Assembly: GCA_040382195.1 (NCBI GenBank)
Contig: JBEIFX010000002.1
Span: 42,006 to 106,005, forward strand
Direction: 5' to 3'
Length of the DNA: 64,000 bases
Source: Halobacteriovoraceae bacterium
GTDB lineage: Bacteria > Bdellovibrionota > Bacteriovoracia > Bacteriovoracales > Bacteriovoracaceae
Part shown: positions 18,954 through 28,137 of the stretch, in pieces
Position numbering within the stretch: position 1 is the stretch's first letter
How the letters are laid out: each line of letters starts with the position of its first letter
Program-made: the position numbers and the translations under genes
The notes under the pieces: model-generated
Told to the model about the DNA's origin: nothing
Seen by the model: only the letters and a program-made list of their open reading frames with translations
Database searches by the model: none

Positions 18954-19940
18954 TTAAAAATCCATGTCTGTTGAGAAAGCGAACTGAGCTCCGGCCGGCT
19001 CTTTTGTTGAATTCATAACCCCGGCTTTCTGATACTCAGCGACGCGTTTCTCGAAAAAGTTTGTCTTCCCTTGCATTGAGATGAGTTCCATCCAATCGAA
19101 CGGGTTCTTCGCATTGTAAATATCTGAGTAGCCCAGTGATCTCATGAGGCGGTCTGCGACAAACTTGATGTATTCTTTCATCATGTCAGCGTTCATGCCG
19201 ATGAGGGAAACAGGAAGGGCCTCTGTGATAAACTCGCACTCGAAGTTCACGGCTTCCATCACAAGTTCACGGATGCGGGACTCGGCAGGCTTATTGGTGA
19301 TGTAGTTCTTATAAAGAAGGCAGGCAAAGTCTGTGTGAAGACCTTCATCTCGGGAGATGAGTTCATTCGAGAAAGTGAGTCCCGGCATGAGGCCACGCTT
19401 CTTAAGCCAGAAGATGGAACAGAAAGAGCCAGAGAAGAAGATTCCTTCAATGGCAGCGAAGGCAACAAGTCTCTCAGCGAAAGAGTCGTTACCATAGATC
19501 CATTTCATGGCCCAATCAGCTTTCTTCTTGATGCACGGGATGTTATCGATCGCCTTAAAGAGGTAATCCTTCTTGGCCGGATCTTTAATATAGGTGTCGA
19601 TTAATAGCCCGTAAGTTTCCGCATGGATATTTTCCATGGCAATCTGAAACCCATAAAAAGATCGGGCCTCTGGAATCTGAACATCATTATAAAAACGAAG
19701 TGCAAGATTCTCATTAACGATGCCATCAGAAGCAGAAAAGAAAGCTAAGATGTGGGATATATAGTGACGCTCCTGATCATTTAAGGCTTCCCAATCTTTT
19801 AAGTCAGAATACAAGTCAATTTCTTCGGCGGTCCAGAAACTTGCCATTGCCTTTTTATACATATCCCAGATGTCGTGGTACTTGATCGGGAAAAGTACAA
19901 ATCGAGCGTTAGTTTCTTTTAGTAGTGGCTCCATGCTCAT
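18954..19940 (-). CDS. nrdB: Ribonucleoside-diphosphate reductase class Ia beta subunit
   Basis: [17 protein letters not shown] (radical Tyr), [22 protein letters not shown] and C-terminal FSTDMDF. Confidence 0.97.
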   Translation of the reverse strand: MSMEPLLKETNARFVLFPIKYHDIWDMYKKAMASFWTAEEIDLYSDLKDWEALNDQERHYISHILAFFSASDGIVNENLALRFYNDVQIPEARSFYGFQIAMENIHAETYGLLIDTYIKDPAKKDYLFKAIDNIPCIKKKADWAMKWIYGNDSFAERLVAFAAIEGIFFSGSFCSIFWLKKRGLMPGLTFSNELISRDEGLHTDFACLLYKNYITNKPAESRIRELVMEAVNFECEFITEALPVSLIGMNADMMKEYIKFVADRLMRSLGYSDIYNAKNPFDWMELISMQGKTNFFEKRVAEYQKAGVMNSTKEPAGAQFAFSTDMDF

Positions 19941-19984
19941 ACCCCAGCTCCTTCTTCATGATGTGTGTGGTGGTGTTCATTCAT
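19937..19984 (-). CDS. Candidate His-rich leader peptide [15 protein letters not shown] (15 aa)
   Basis: Open frame whose TGA overlaps the nrdB ATG (ATGA). No strong RBS of its own. Confidence 0.35.
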   Translation of the reverse strand: MNEHHHTHHEEGAGV

Positions 19985-20032
19985 CTGTCTTAATTTAAGC
20001 GTAGTGGTTACTCTGACATTTGAAAAGTGAAA

Positions 20033-20089
20033 AATCTATATATAGTAGTATCGACATTTTTTTGACGTTTTTATAACTAGATTTAGTGG
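20033..20089. promoter_or_regulatory. Tandem NrdR boxes upstream of nrdBA
   Basis: aatCTATATATAGtag (20033-48) and taaCTAGATTTAGtgg (20074-89) both match acaCwAnATnTwGtg. They are 41 bp apart, about four helical turns. Confidence 0.8.
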
Positions 20090-20482
20090 AGTGCCCGATA
20101 AATTTCATCGAGAAGAAACCCTAAAATTAAACAAAAACTTACATATGAGACGTAAGTTGTGTCTCCAGCTTTACAAAGCAAAATCTAAGAAATCCCTCAA
20201 ATGTCTTTTTTCTCCACTTGCAGGTGGCACTTTTTGCCTAGCGCAAAGAAGCACCTTTCACCATGAAATTAAGAGGGATTCAATAGCTCTAACACGCTCT
20301 TGTTTTCCCTCTTGCTCTAGATCATCTGCAAACACCTATCACCCCTAACCTCACTGATCCAAAGAAAGATGTCGCTGACATTTTGGCAAAGATTCTTTTA
20401 AGTCACTTAAAGATTTCGAAACCGAGATTTATTTCTTAAAACAGACTTTTTTTATGTAAAGATAGAAGTTCAGGAGGGAGCT

Positions 20483-21355
20483 ATGACAAATATTAAGTAC
20501 TCGGAAAAAAGAAATATGAGACTATTTTTTTTACTCACAGCTCTACTTTTTTCTTGTAACCAGGATAACACTAAAGATGCACCAATCCCCACTGCTTATC
20601 GACAAACTAAATCCATTTCGTACAATTCGGTTAGTGTGGACGTCATAATAGATAAGCCTGCAAAAAACGACCTAGACGTTTTACTTGTATTTCACGGAAC
20701 TGTTGCTTCGGATAGTGACATTCTTACTGCTGCAAATACCACACTTGATAAATTCAAAGGAATTTTAGAGAGAAATGACATGATGATTGTAAGTGTAGCA
20801 TATCCACAAGAAAGTGTTTTATTGGGCGACAGTATCGTCAAATGTGAGGCTGCATTATTGTGGTTGAAAAATAAAGCTAGTAAAGAATTAGGGATAACTG
20901 TGAAAAAAATTTTCTTAGGAGGGCATTCACAAGGAGGCTATATGGTAACAAGGCTTAATACAATTCAAGAGACAAATGGAGTCATAGCAAATGCACCAGG
21001 TCCATTAAACCTTGTCTATAGATGTAACTTGGAGGAGACAGGACAAATTCAACGAGGTGCTGTATGTACAAAATTAAAAGCAGCATATGGGCCTCCATTA
21101 AACAATCCCGGCCCATACACTCAAAGGTCATTACTTAATTTTACAAACGAGTTTAAGTCCGACATCTTATTCGTTCAGGGATTAAATGACTCACCAATTC
21201 AAATGCATACTTGGCCAGAATTTAAAAAAGAAATATTGGAGTGCACAGATTGTCAAAATAGCCAGTTTGTAGAGATTGCAGGCGGCGGACATGGCTCATT
21301 ATTTGAAAGCTCCACTGGAAAATCTGAATTTAACAACTTTATAAATAACCATTGA
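20483..21355 (+). CDS. Alpha/beta hydrolase, probable lipoprotein
   Basis: LLFSC lipobox-like segment, GHSQGG nucleophile elbow, VQGLND and GGGHG. RBS GGAGGGAG. Visibly AT-richer codon use than its neighbours. Confidence 0.85.
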   Translation: MTNIKYSEKRNMRLFFLLTALLFSCNQDNTKDAPIPTAYRQTKSISYNSVSVDVIIDKPAKNDLDVLLVFHGTVASDSDILTAANTTLDKFKGILERNDMMIVSVAYPQESVLLGDSIVKCEAALLWLKNKASKELGITVKKIFLGGHSQGGYMVTRLNTIQETNGVIANAPGPLNLVYRCNLEETGQIQRGAVCTKLKAAYGPPLNNPGPYTQRSLLNFTNEFKSDILFVQGLNDSPIQMHTWPEFKKEILECTDCQNSQFVEIAGGGHGSLFESSTGKSEFNNFINNH

Positions 21356-21637
21356 TGTTCAACTAGTAGAAATCGATTGGACATATATTAACTGACCGAC
21401 TTCAGTGGTGTTATGTCCAGTTTGCATTTTTGAACTTGAAAATTCACCAGTCTCATAATGGCCCAGAGTTAAGTGAATACTTGTGAACGAGTACCCTAAA
21501 GATGCATCAGAAGTTTCATAGAAAGGTTTCTTTCGTCCTCGTTGAGGGCAGCCTTTCTAAAAAGCCTTAAGTTTCAAAAATTACGAGTTAATTTTCAAGT
21601 CCAACACCAATAGTTTGGGTCAGTTAGAATCAAATCT

Positions 21638-21665
21638 TAAAGATAAAGCTAATTTTTGTCGATAA
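21638..21665 (+). promoter_or_regulatory. Candidate sigma28 (FliA)-type promoter
   Basis: TAAAG, 15 nt spacer, GTCGATAA, ending 15 nt before the TTG start at 21681. Confidence 0.45.
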
Positions 21666-21680
21666 ATAGAGTAATTAGTT

Positions 21681-23828
21681 TTGGGGGCTCTTTACGTGAA
21701 AATAAGCAACTTTTTATGCCTCGGTTTATTGTCGGTTGTGATTTCCTGTAATCCTTTAGGTAAACAAGAATCTGACTCACCGACTTCTTCTGTTTCTGTA
21801 GAGGCCTCCTCTCCCACTCTAAGCTATGATGGTTCTACCACGTCGAGCAGTGTTGGTGTTGCCATCTCGGTTGCTCCGACCACTCTTAATGACAACGGTG
21901 CAGAGATTACTAATTGTGTAATATCCCCTTCACTCCCATTAGGCCTTAGCATTAATTCCTCTACCTGCGTAATCTCAGGAACTCCTGCTATTTCACTTCT
22001 ATCTACCAATTACTCGATAGTGGTAACAAACTCGGTTGGATCTTCCACTGCGACTGTGACTCTTTACGTCGCTCCTTGCTCAAGCGCAGAGATTTCTGCC
22101 ATTCCATTTGCTGGCGAAGGGAGTGTGAATAATCCTTATCGCATTTGCTCCATGGCTCAACTTAATAGCGTTCGAGACCACACTGCAGGACATTTTGAGC
22201 TCAGGGGCGACATAGATGCTTCTGGCACGACCTTTACTCCCATTCCAAATTTCAAAGGTGAGTTCGATGGAAAAGGTCATACCATCTCCAACCTAACAAT
22301 ATCTTCCCCATCCTCAAATTTTGTCGGATTTTTTGCTAAGTTGAGTGGTGCCACCGTTAAAAACCTCATTCTTACAAATTTAAACGTGAGTGGAAGTTCA
22401 TACGTGGGGGGGCTTGCTGGAAGAATCGGTCCCGCAAGTTTGGTGAGTCGCGTGTCGACCTCAGGCACCGTGAGGGCAACCGGTGAGTATTCTGGAGGAC
22501 TCGCGGGTCGCGCGCAGTACGCTCGGGTACTTCAATCAAAATCTTCTGCCGCGGTCATGGGAGCAAGTTTGACAGGTGGACTTCTAGGAAGCTGCTCTCA
22601 GTTTTGTCAAGTCTCGCAAGCCTTTGCTTCCGGTGCCGTTACTGGAACATCGCTTGTGGGAGGACTAATCGGAGACCTTGAAGTTGGCTCGAAAGTGGAT
22701 CATGTCTTCGCTCAGGGAGTCGTGAATTCAGACTCCCAAAAGCTTTTGATCGAGAGAGCAAGCATGGATCCGGAGCAGACGACCTATTCATTGGCCGCGC
22801 TTGTGGAAAACGCATTTTTTGATTCAGAGATTTCAGGAGCTTCTGATTTTGGAGTGGGAGTCACTGGATCTAATCCCGGAAGTAGCTTCTCTTCCTGGGA
22901 CTCCACGATTTGGGTACTTTCTGATAGCGCTTTTCCAAGGCTCAAATACTTTGAAGCTTCTCTGACCTATCAAGAGATCACCGAGCCTGCTCTCACACCA
23001 TTATTGTGCTCGAATTCTGCTGCATTTGATGGAGGACATGGTACGCGATCATCGCCGTTTCTGATTTCTACTGCAGCTCAAATGCAGAACGTCCACTGCA
23101 ACCCACAAGCCTCGTTTAGGCTTACTGCTGACATCGACATGGCCGGAATGAGTTATTCCCGCCCTTTGAACTATTCAGGTCAGTTCGATGGGGCGGGCCA
23201 TACGATTTCCAATCTCCTCATCCCGCGAATCGAGGGAGTTTGGAAAACTGGTCTCTTTGATTCGCTGATGGGCGGAATAGTAAAGGATCTTTCTGTGCTA
23301 AACGCTAATGTCACCGGGAATTATTCGGTTGGCGTAATCGCAGGACATGCCGAAAAAGGAGCGGTCGTTCTTCGCTGCCGAACCTCCGGTGCTGTGACTG
23401 CTCTGGGTGGAGCGATTGCTACTTCTGAAGGAGAAACAGATTGGGGCGCAGGTGGCTCAGGTGGCGTCGTGGGAAGCATGTGGCATTCCCTAGTCGCGGA
23501 ATCCGCATCGAGCGTCACAGTTTCGGCTGATCATCGCTCAGGCGGATTAATAGGTCAGGGCGAGCCTCAGGCGATGATTTGGGACTCGTACGCAACTGGT
23601 ACGGTAAGCTGTGAAACCTTTTGTGGTGGACTCGCTGGAGTTATGGCCCACGGATCTACAGGGGCCTATAACTTTGTTCTTGGTACTGGCCCTCTGATCG
23701 GTTATGGTGACGAAATTCCTGATAGCTACGTGAACCCTAATTCAAACCAAACGGCGAATTGGGACCCTGGCATTTGGGATACCACTTCAAGTACCTATCC
23801 TCTAATAAGAGGTCTTAGTGCTAACTAG
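21681..23828 (+). CDS. Surface lipoprotein with putative Ig domain and two GLUG-motif beta-helix modules
   Basis: VVISC lipobox, Ser/Thr linker, LPLGLSINSSTCVISGTP (He_PIG-like). Two modules begin FxGxG...P(Y/F)xI...QL...DID and carry YVGGLAG/GGLIG repeats. Confidence 0.8.
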   Translation: MGALYVKISNFLCLGLLSVVISCNPLGKQESDSPTSSVSVEASSPTLSYDGSTTSSSVGVAISVAPTTLNDNGAEITNCVISPSLPLGLSINSSTCVISGTPAISLLSTNYSIVVTNSVGSSTATVTLYVAPCSSAEISAIPFAGEGSVNNPYRICSMAQLNSVRDHTAGHFELRGDIDASGTTFTPIPNFKGEFDGKGHTISNLTISSPSSNFVGFFAKLSGATVKNLILTNLNVSGSSYVGGLAGRIGPASLVSRVSTSGTVRATGEYSGGLAGRAQYARVLQSKSSAAVMGASLTGGLLGSCSQFCQVSQAFASGAVTGTSLVGGLIGDLEVGSKVDHVFAQGVVNSDSQKLLIERASMDPEQTTYSLAALVENAFFDSEISGASDFGVGVTGSNPGSSFSSWDSTIWVLSDSAFPRLKYFEASLTYQEITEPALTPLLCSNSAAFDGGHGTRSSPFLISTAAQMQNVHCNPQASFRLTADIDMAGMSYSRPLNYSGQFDGAGHTISNLLIPRIEGVWKTGLFDSLMGGIVKDLSVLNANVTGNYSVGVIAGHAEKGAVVLRCRTSGAVTALGGAIATSEGETDWGAGGSGGVVGSMWHSLVAESASSVTVSADHRSGGLIGQGEPQAMIWDSYATGTVSCETFCGGLAGVMAHGSTGAYNFVLGTGPLIGYGDEIPDSYVNPNSNQTANWDPGIWDTTSSTYPLIRGLSAN

Positions 23829-24324
23829 ATCACCTTATAGTATTTCATGACCGATGGTAGAAGCTACTGATAACAATTTCAATCATCACACGACGTCCTT
23901 CAAATGGAAACATTTTTTAGAATCAGAACAAAAAAATTAAAAAAAAGAAATGAGTATTGTAAAAAAGCTTGAATTCTTTTGTTACTATAAGTGATTAACA
24001 AACAGAAAAATAAGATTAGAGAGACTTCTTTTTATTCAATAGAAATTATCCAACCATACATCGATTGCAGGGAATGCCCATTTACAAAAAAAATTGAAAA
24101 AATTAAGCAGTGATCAAATATTAAAGGATCAAAACTGAGGAGATGTATTTCTAAAATGAGACAGAATAAATTAAAAGATATTTTTGATTGAGGAGACTTT
24201 AATTCATCATTAATTTTTTTTATTTCAAATAAATAACATTTGTCATGCCTAAATAATCGACTTGAGTTCCAATTAAATTCTTCAAAACATAAACAAAAAT
24301 ATACCAAGAATATTTCTGAAAAAA

Positions 24325-24753
24325 TTGATTATGTTTTTGATCTGTCAAAACGATAAGAAAATACTGAACCGCAACTCAGAGGAGATCAAATTGATATTTT
24401 ACACTCTTCAAGGGCCAACATATAAACTTGAGATTTATGAGGATCAGATCCGTCTGATTCCAAAAACATGGTCACAAATCTTTAGGAAGAAAAAAACTGC
24501 TGATCGTTTCATAATCAGAGAGCTTTCTCAATTTGAAATAACGGTTCCAAAATTTCTGTTCATTAGTGGGAAAATCGAGTGGTCGACTTTCAACGGTCAT
24601 CAAGGCTCATTCCGCTTTACGACGAATCCCGCAATGGTAAAAAAAATAGAAATCTACCTTCAAAAACGTGTCATTAAAAATCATCAGCTTTGCGAACTCA
24701 AAACATCTTCAAAGAAAAATACTAGGCCAAGTGAAGATCTGCTTTCTGCGTAA
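24325..24753 (+). CDS. Hypothetical protein (PH-like fold possible)
   Basis: 142-aa ORF with no firm motif. Confidence 0.55.
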   Translation: MIMFLICQNDKKILNRNSEEIKLIFYTLQGPTYKLEIYEDQIRLIPKTWSQIFRKKKTADRFIIRELSQFEITVPKFLFISGKIEWSTFNGHQGSFRFTTNPAMVKKIEIYLQKRVIKNHQLCELKTSSKKNTRPSEDLLSA

Positions 24754-24760
24754 AGAGGGT

Positions 24761-25324
24761 CTAAAAGCCACTTTGAAGATTTAAGATTTTGATCTTTTTT
24801 TCTTTTTTGAGGCGTCTTTGAACGTCCTCTCGATTGTCTCCAATGACCAATTCACAAAGGCCATGAGTCGAACTAAAAGGATAGCGATCAAAAAATTTCA
24901 TCTTTTTCAAAAAAATTCTTTCTTTTTTCGAAGCTCTAGGGCAACCGGCAAGAAGAGATCCTGAGTATGTCTGAATACCTGAATGTATTTTGAGTATGAA
25001 TTTTTTTGAAACGTTCATGGTTTTGTAGGAAATACCATCAAGTTCAAAACCAGATAACTCCCAATGGCCAGGATTTAAAAAGTGATTATTGATCCCTTTG
25101 TTTAAGATGAGTGAAACAGAAAGCTCACTTTCAACGTTTTTGTAATGAAGTACAACTTTATCGGGCGAGAAGAGTTCCCAAACAGCGCCTTTACTAAAAC
25201 TTTTTGTGCCGTCTCCCTTTTGGATGCTCCTGACGTCGGATTTTCTCAAGTTCTGGTCTTTGTCATGATAGGAGGCACAACCAAAGAAGTGAAGGATGAG
25301 GGCAGAATAAAAAAGTAATTTCAT
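24761..25324 (-). CDS. Hypothetical lipoprotein
   Basis: MKLLFYSALILHFFGC lipobox. Confidence 0.7.
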   Translation of the reverse strand: MKLLFYSALILHFFGCASYHDKDQNLRKSDVRSIQKGDGTKSFSKGAVWELFSPDKVVLHYKNVESELSVSLILNKGINNHFLNPGHWELSGFELDGISYKTMNVSKKFILKIHSGIQTYSGSLLAGCPRASKKERIFLKKMKFFDRYPFSSTHGLCELVIGDNREDVQRRLKKEKKIKILNLQSGF

Positions 25325-25417
25325 AGAGTTATTATGTTAAATGAAGTGACATCGGTCAACGGGTGAAATGACATATCAAAGACAAACCCATAACAATTAA
25401 GTTATTATTCTACATAA

Positions 25418-26470
25418 ATGCATTTAACTTCAGCTTTCTCGCTAACCTTTATTCAGTGGAAGGACGCCCTTGAGTCATTCAAGGAATCTTCACATCTTCT
25501 CCCTTTTTTCATCGAGGGACTCTATGGAGACCGTTCGATCTGGAAAAAACATGTGTCTCCTAAAACACTCCAGCGTCTTTTCTCAAATTGGGACTTTTCC
25601 CTTCCAGATATAACAACCTTCAAAGAAGCGGAAGATGGAACTGTTAAATTTCTCATGAAGCTTCCAGACGGGATGGAAGTTGAGACAGTCCTTATTCCTT
25701 TTTACAAACGATTCACGATTTGTCTTTCTACTCAAGTCGGGTGCGGCATGAATTGCAGTTTTTGTTTCACTGGAACACAAGGATTTAAAAGAAATCTTAA
25801 GGCCGGAGAAATTGTTGGTCAGTATCTCAAGGCCCGCGAATGGCTTTTGGAAAGATATCCTAGCTCTTTACGACCCAGCATTGTCTTAATGGGCCAGGGA
25901 GAGCCTCTTCACAATGCCGATGAAGTAGGTAAAGCACTAAAAGTTCTAACTGATAGTAAACTTGGTGGTGTTGGTCATCGTCAAATAACTCTCTCTACTG
26001 TAGGATTTGTTCCGGGACTTCAAAAGTTGTCAAGCTTTCCCAAAGTCAATATCGCACTGTCACTCCACTCGCCATTTCAAGAAGAGAGATCATTGCTCAT
26101 CCCAGTCAATGACAAATATCCTCTCCAGGAAGTCATGACCTACCTAGATGCACTTCCTCTTTTACCAAGACAATATGTAACTTATGAATATCTTCTAATA
26201 AAAAACTTTAATATGAGTGATCAACACGTGGAAGCACTCTCCGACTTACTTGGCAATCGAAGGGCGATATTGAACCTCATACCTTTTAATCCCTTTCCAG
26301 ACACGCTTTGGGAGAGACCTTCTGAAAGTCAAATCAACACATTTAAGGAGAAGCTAGTTCAAAAAAAGTTGAGAGTGATGGTTCGCACGACAAAAGGGTC
26401 TGATATTCTGGCCGCATGTGGACAGTTGAAAATAAATAGGTTATCGGTTAAAAATGGAAGAAATGGATAA
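25418..26470 (+). CDS. rlmN: Radical SAM RNA methyltransferase RlmN family
   Basis: ETV, CLSTQVGCGMNCSFC, MGQGEP, SLH, YEY, NLIPFN and AACGQL. Confidence 0.9.
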   Translation: MHLTSAFSLTFIQWKDALESFKESSHLLPFFIEGLYGDRSIWKKHVSPKTLQRLFSNWDFSLPDITTFKEAEDGTVKFLMKLPDGMEVETVLIPFYKRFTICLSTQVGCGMNCSFCFTGTQGFKRNLKAGEIVGQYLKAREWLLERYPSSLRPSIVLMGQGEPLHNADEVGKALKVLTDSKLGGVGHRQITLSTVGFVPGLQKLSSFPKVNIALSLHSPFQEERSLLIPVNDKYPLQEVMTYLDALPLLPRQYVTYEYLLIKNFNMSDQHVEALSDLLGNRRAILNLIPFNPFPDTLWERPSESQINTFKEKLVQKKLRVMVRTTKGSDILAACGQLKINRLSVKNGRNG

Positions 26471-27242
26471 TGACTATTCCGCCCGCTTTGGCGGCATTGG
26501 TAGACTCTTTGGTACAAAAGCTCAGGAAAAGATCAAAAGCTCAAAAGTCTTAGTTGTGGGTATCGGAGGTGTAGGATCGTGGATAGCCGAAGCCTTGGCA
26601 AGATCAGGTATCGGCCAGCTCACCTTAGTTGATCTCGATGATGTATGTGTCACAAACATTAATCGGCAAGTACATGCCCTAAGCTCGACCGTTGGCCAGT
26701 TTAAGGTCGACGTTATGAAAAAGCGCATCGAAGACATCCATCCAGGCTGCAGGGTTGAAACAAAACAATGTTTTTTTAATCCTAAGAATCTTCTCAATAT
26801 CTTTGACCAACATTTTGATTATGTCATTGATGCCTGTGATGACTTTACCAATAAATGCTATCTGATCGATCACTGCAGACAAAATCGTATTCCACTGGTA
26901 GTGATGGGAGGAGCTGGTGGCAAGCTTGATCCGCAACAAATAAAAGTAACAGACATGGCCAGTTCTGCAAACGATCGGCTTTTGGCCAGACTTCGAAAAA
27001 AACTACGTCAGGATTTCGCCTTCCCTTCGGAAACTCAGGGAGACTTCGGTGTGTGGGCGGTTTGGTCCCATGAGAGGGCCCTATATCCCACTGCTGACGG
27101 TTGCTTAACTTATAAACCTCCAGGGATGGCAAAAAATATGGATTGTGAAGAAGGGTTTGGATCAGCAAGCTTTGTCACAGGGGCCTTTGCTTTTGCTGCA
27201 ACATCATTGGTTTTAAGGGAGATCACAAAGGATCTAAGATGA
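26454..27242 (+). CDS. tcdA: tRNA threonylcarbamoyladenosine dehydratase (ThiF family)
   Basis: RFGGIGRLFG, VGIGGVGSW, DLDDVCVTNINRQ, GGKLDP and VTGAF. Confidence 0.9.
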   Translation: MEEMDNDYSARFGGIGRLFGTKAQEKIKSSKVLVVGIGGVGSWIAEALARSGIGQLTLVDLDDVCVTNINRQVHALSSTVGQFKVDVMKKRIEDIHPGCRVETKQCFFNPKNLLNIFDQHFDYVIDACDDFTNKCYLIDHCRQNRIPLVVMGGAGGKLDPQQIKVTDMASSANDRLLARLRKKLRQDFAFPSETQGDFGVWAVWSHERALYPTADGCLTYKPPGMAKNMDCEEGFGSASFVTGAFAFAATSLVLREITKDLR

Positions 27243-27589
27243 AAAAGTTTTTCAATGATCTGAAATCGTTTCTCCAAGCGACCGCTTATGACGAGAGAAT
27301 CCCCTCTAAAGATAAACGTATTCTTCTCGCTCTTATTGCTCTCGTTTTTTCTCCATTCGATATAATTCCTGATTGGATTCCCTTAATTGGAATTTTGGAC
27401 GACCTTATCATTATTTCTTTTGTCCTTGATTACTTCTTTTCAGTGCTTGATAGCAGGATTTTACTATCTCATTTTCCTTGGGATCTCAAGGCCTATACTC
27501 GGCTCAAAAAAGTAGCAACGGCCCTTCAAATATTTGTTCCAGGCTTCATAAAAAAAAGAATCTGGAGTTATGTTGGAGATCCCTACTAA
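27239..27589 (+). CDS. DUF1232 (YkvA) family membrane protein
   Basis: SPFDIIPDWIPLIGILDD. Confidence 0.85.
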   Translation: MKKFFNDLKSFLQATAYDERIPSKDKRILLALIALVFSPFDIIPDWIPLIGILDDLIIISFVLDYFFSVLDSRILLSHFPWDLKAYTRLKKVATALQIFVPGFIKKRIWSYVGDPY

Positions 27590-27591
27590 AA

Positions 27592-27927
27592 TCAATCACG
27601 ATATTCTGGGACAATCTTCTTTATTTCTTTCTGAATTTCTTTGAATTGGGCACCATCAAGATCAATCGAATTTACTTCCTCGATCCGGTTATTGGAGGGT
27701 ACCAAAGAAGCAGGTGCCCTGGCGGCTACGCTAGCGGCCTGCTTATTGATCTGGGACCACTGTTCGGGAGTCATAGATTTCATTCTAAGCTTCGCTTTTT
27801 GTGCTTCAACTTCTGAAATCACGTTTTCTCTAACCATCTGTTGAAGCATCGCCTCAACGTTTTCGGGAGCTACTTCGGCGACAGCGGTTAAGGTAAATAA
27901 AAAAAGAAAAAGCAGGTAACGTTTCAT
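27592..27927 (-). CDS. Small secreted hypothetical protein
   Basis: Signal peptide MKRYLLFLFLFTLTAVA and RBS GAGGAG. Confidence 0.75.
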   Translation of the reverse strand: MKRYLLFLFLFTLTAVAEVAPENVEAMLQQMVRENVISEVEAQKAKLRMKSMTPEQWSQINKQAASVAARAPASLVPSNNRIEEVNSIDLDGAQFKEIQKEIKKIVPEYRD

Positions 27928-27945
27928 TTTGACTCCTCTTTGGAT

Positions 27946-27973
27946 ATATCGGAGGAGTGTCGCAATTTCTTTA
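27946..27973 (-). promoter_or_regulatory. Candidate sigma28 (FliA)-type promoter
   Basis: On the minus strand: TAAAG, 15 nt spacer, TCCGATAT. Same geometry as 21638-21665. Confidence 0.4.
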
Positions 27974-28137
27974 AAAGAACATTTCCGACTGATGAAATCG
28001 ACTACATAGGGACATTTTCAAAAGAACTTGATAGAGACTTTTAGTACCCTTGTTAAAACAGACTTAAAAGGTTTGGATATCTCTGGATGGCAGCAAGGTC
28101 CAAGAAAAATAAAACTAGAGATCAGATTCTTTTAAAT

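Noticed and set aside
17076-19604. Several 70-110 aa opposite-strand or alternate-frame ORFs inside nrdA and nrdB (and similar ones inside thiolase, hrpB, dabA, ABC-F and umuC genes)
   Set aside because: These are shadow ORFs fully overlapping well-supported genes, with no motifs or RBS. They are expected from codon bias.
20091-20348. 85-aa plus-strand ORF in the nrdB upstream region
   Set aside because: GTG start without SD, no recognisable features, and it sits beside the regulatory region.
21378-21419. Inverted repeat tggacata...tatgtcca with an internal AAC...GTT, resembling an integron attC site
   Set aside because: It is far shorter than an attC site, has no repeated copies, and no integrase is present.
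23900-24307. Minus-strand 91-aa ORF that continues in frame past a TAA for about 43 more hydrophobic codons
   Set aside because: T-rich, very AT-rich DNA readily gives Phe/Leu/Ile frames by chance. There is no RBS or motif. It could be a relic but is unsupported.
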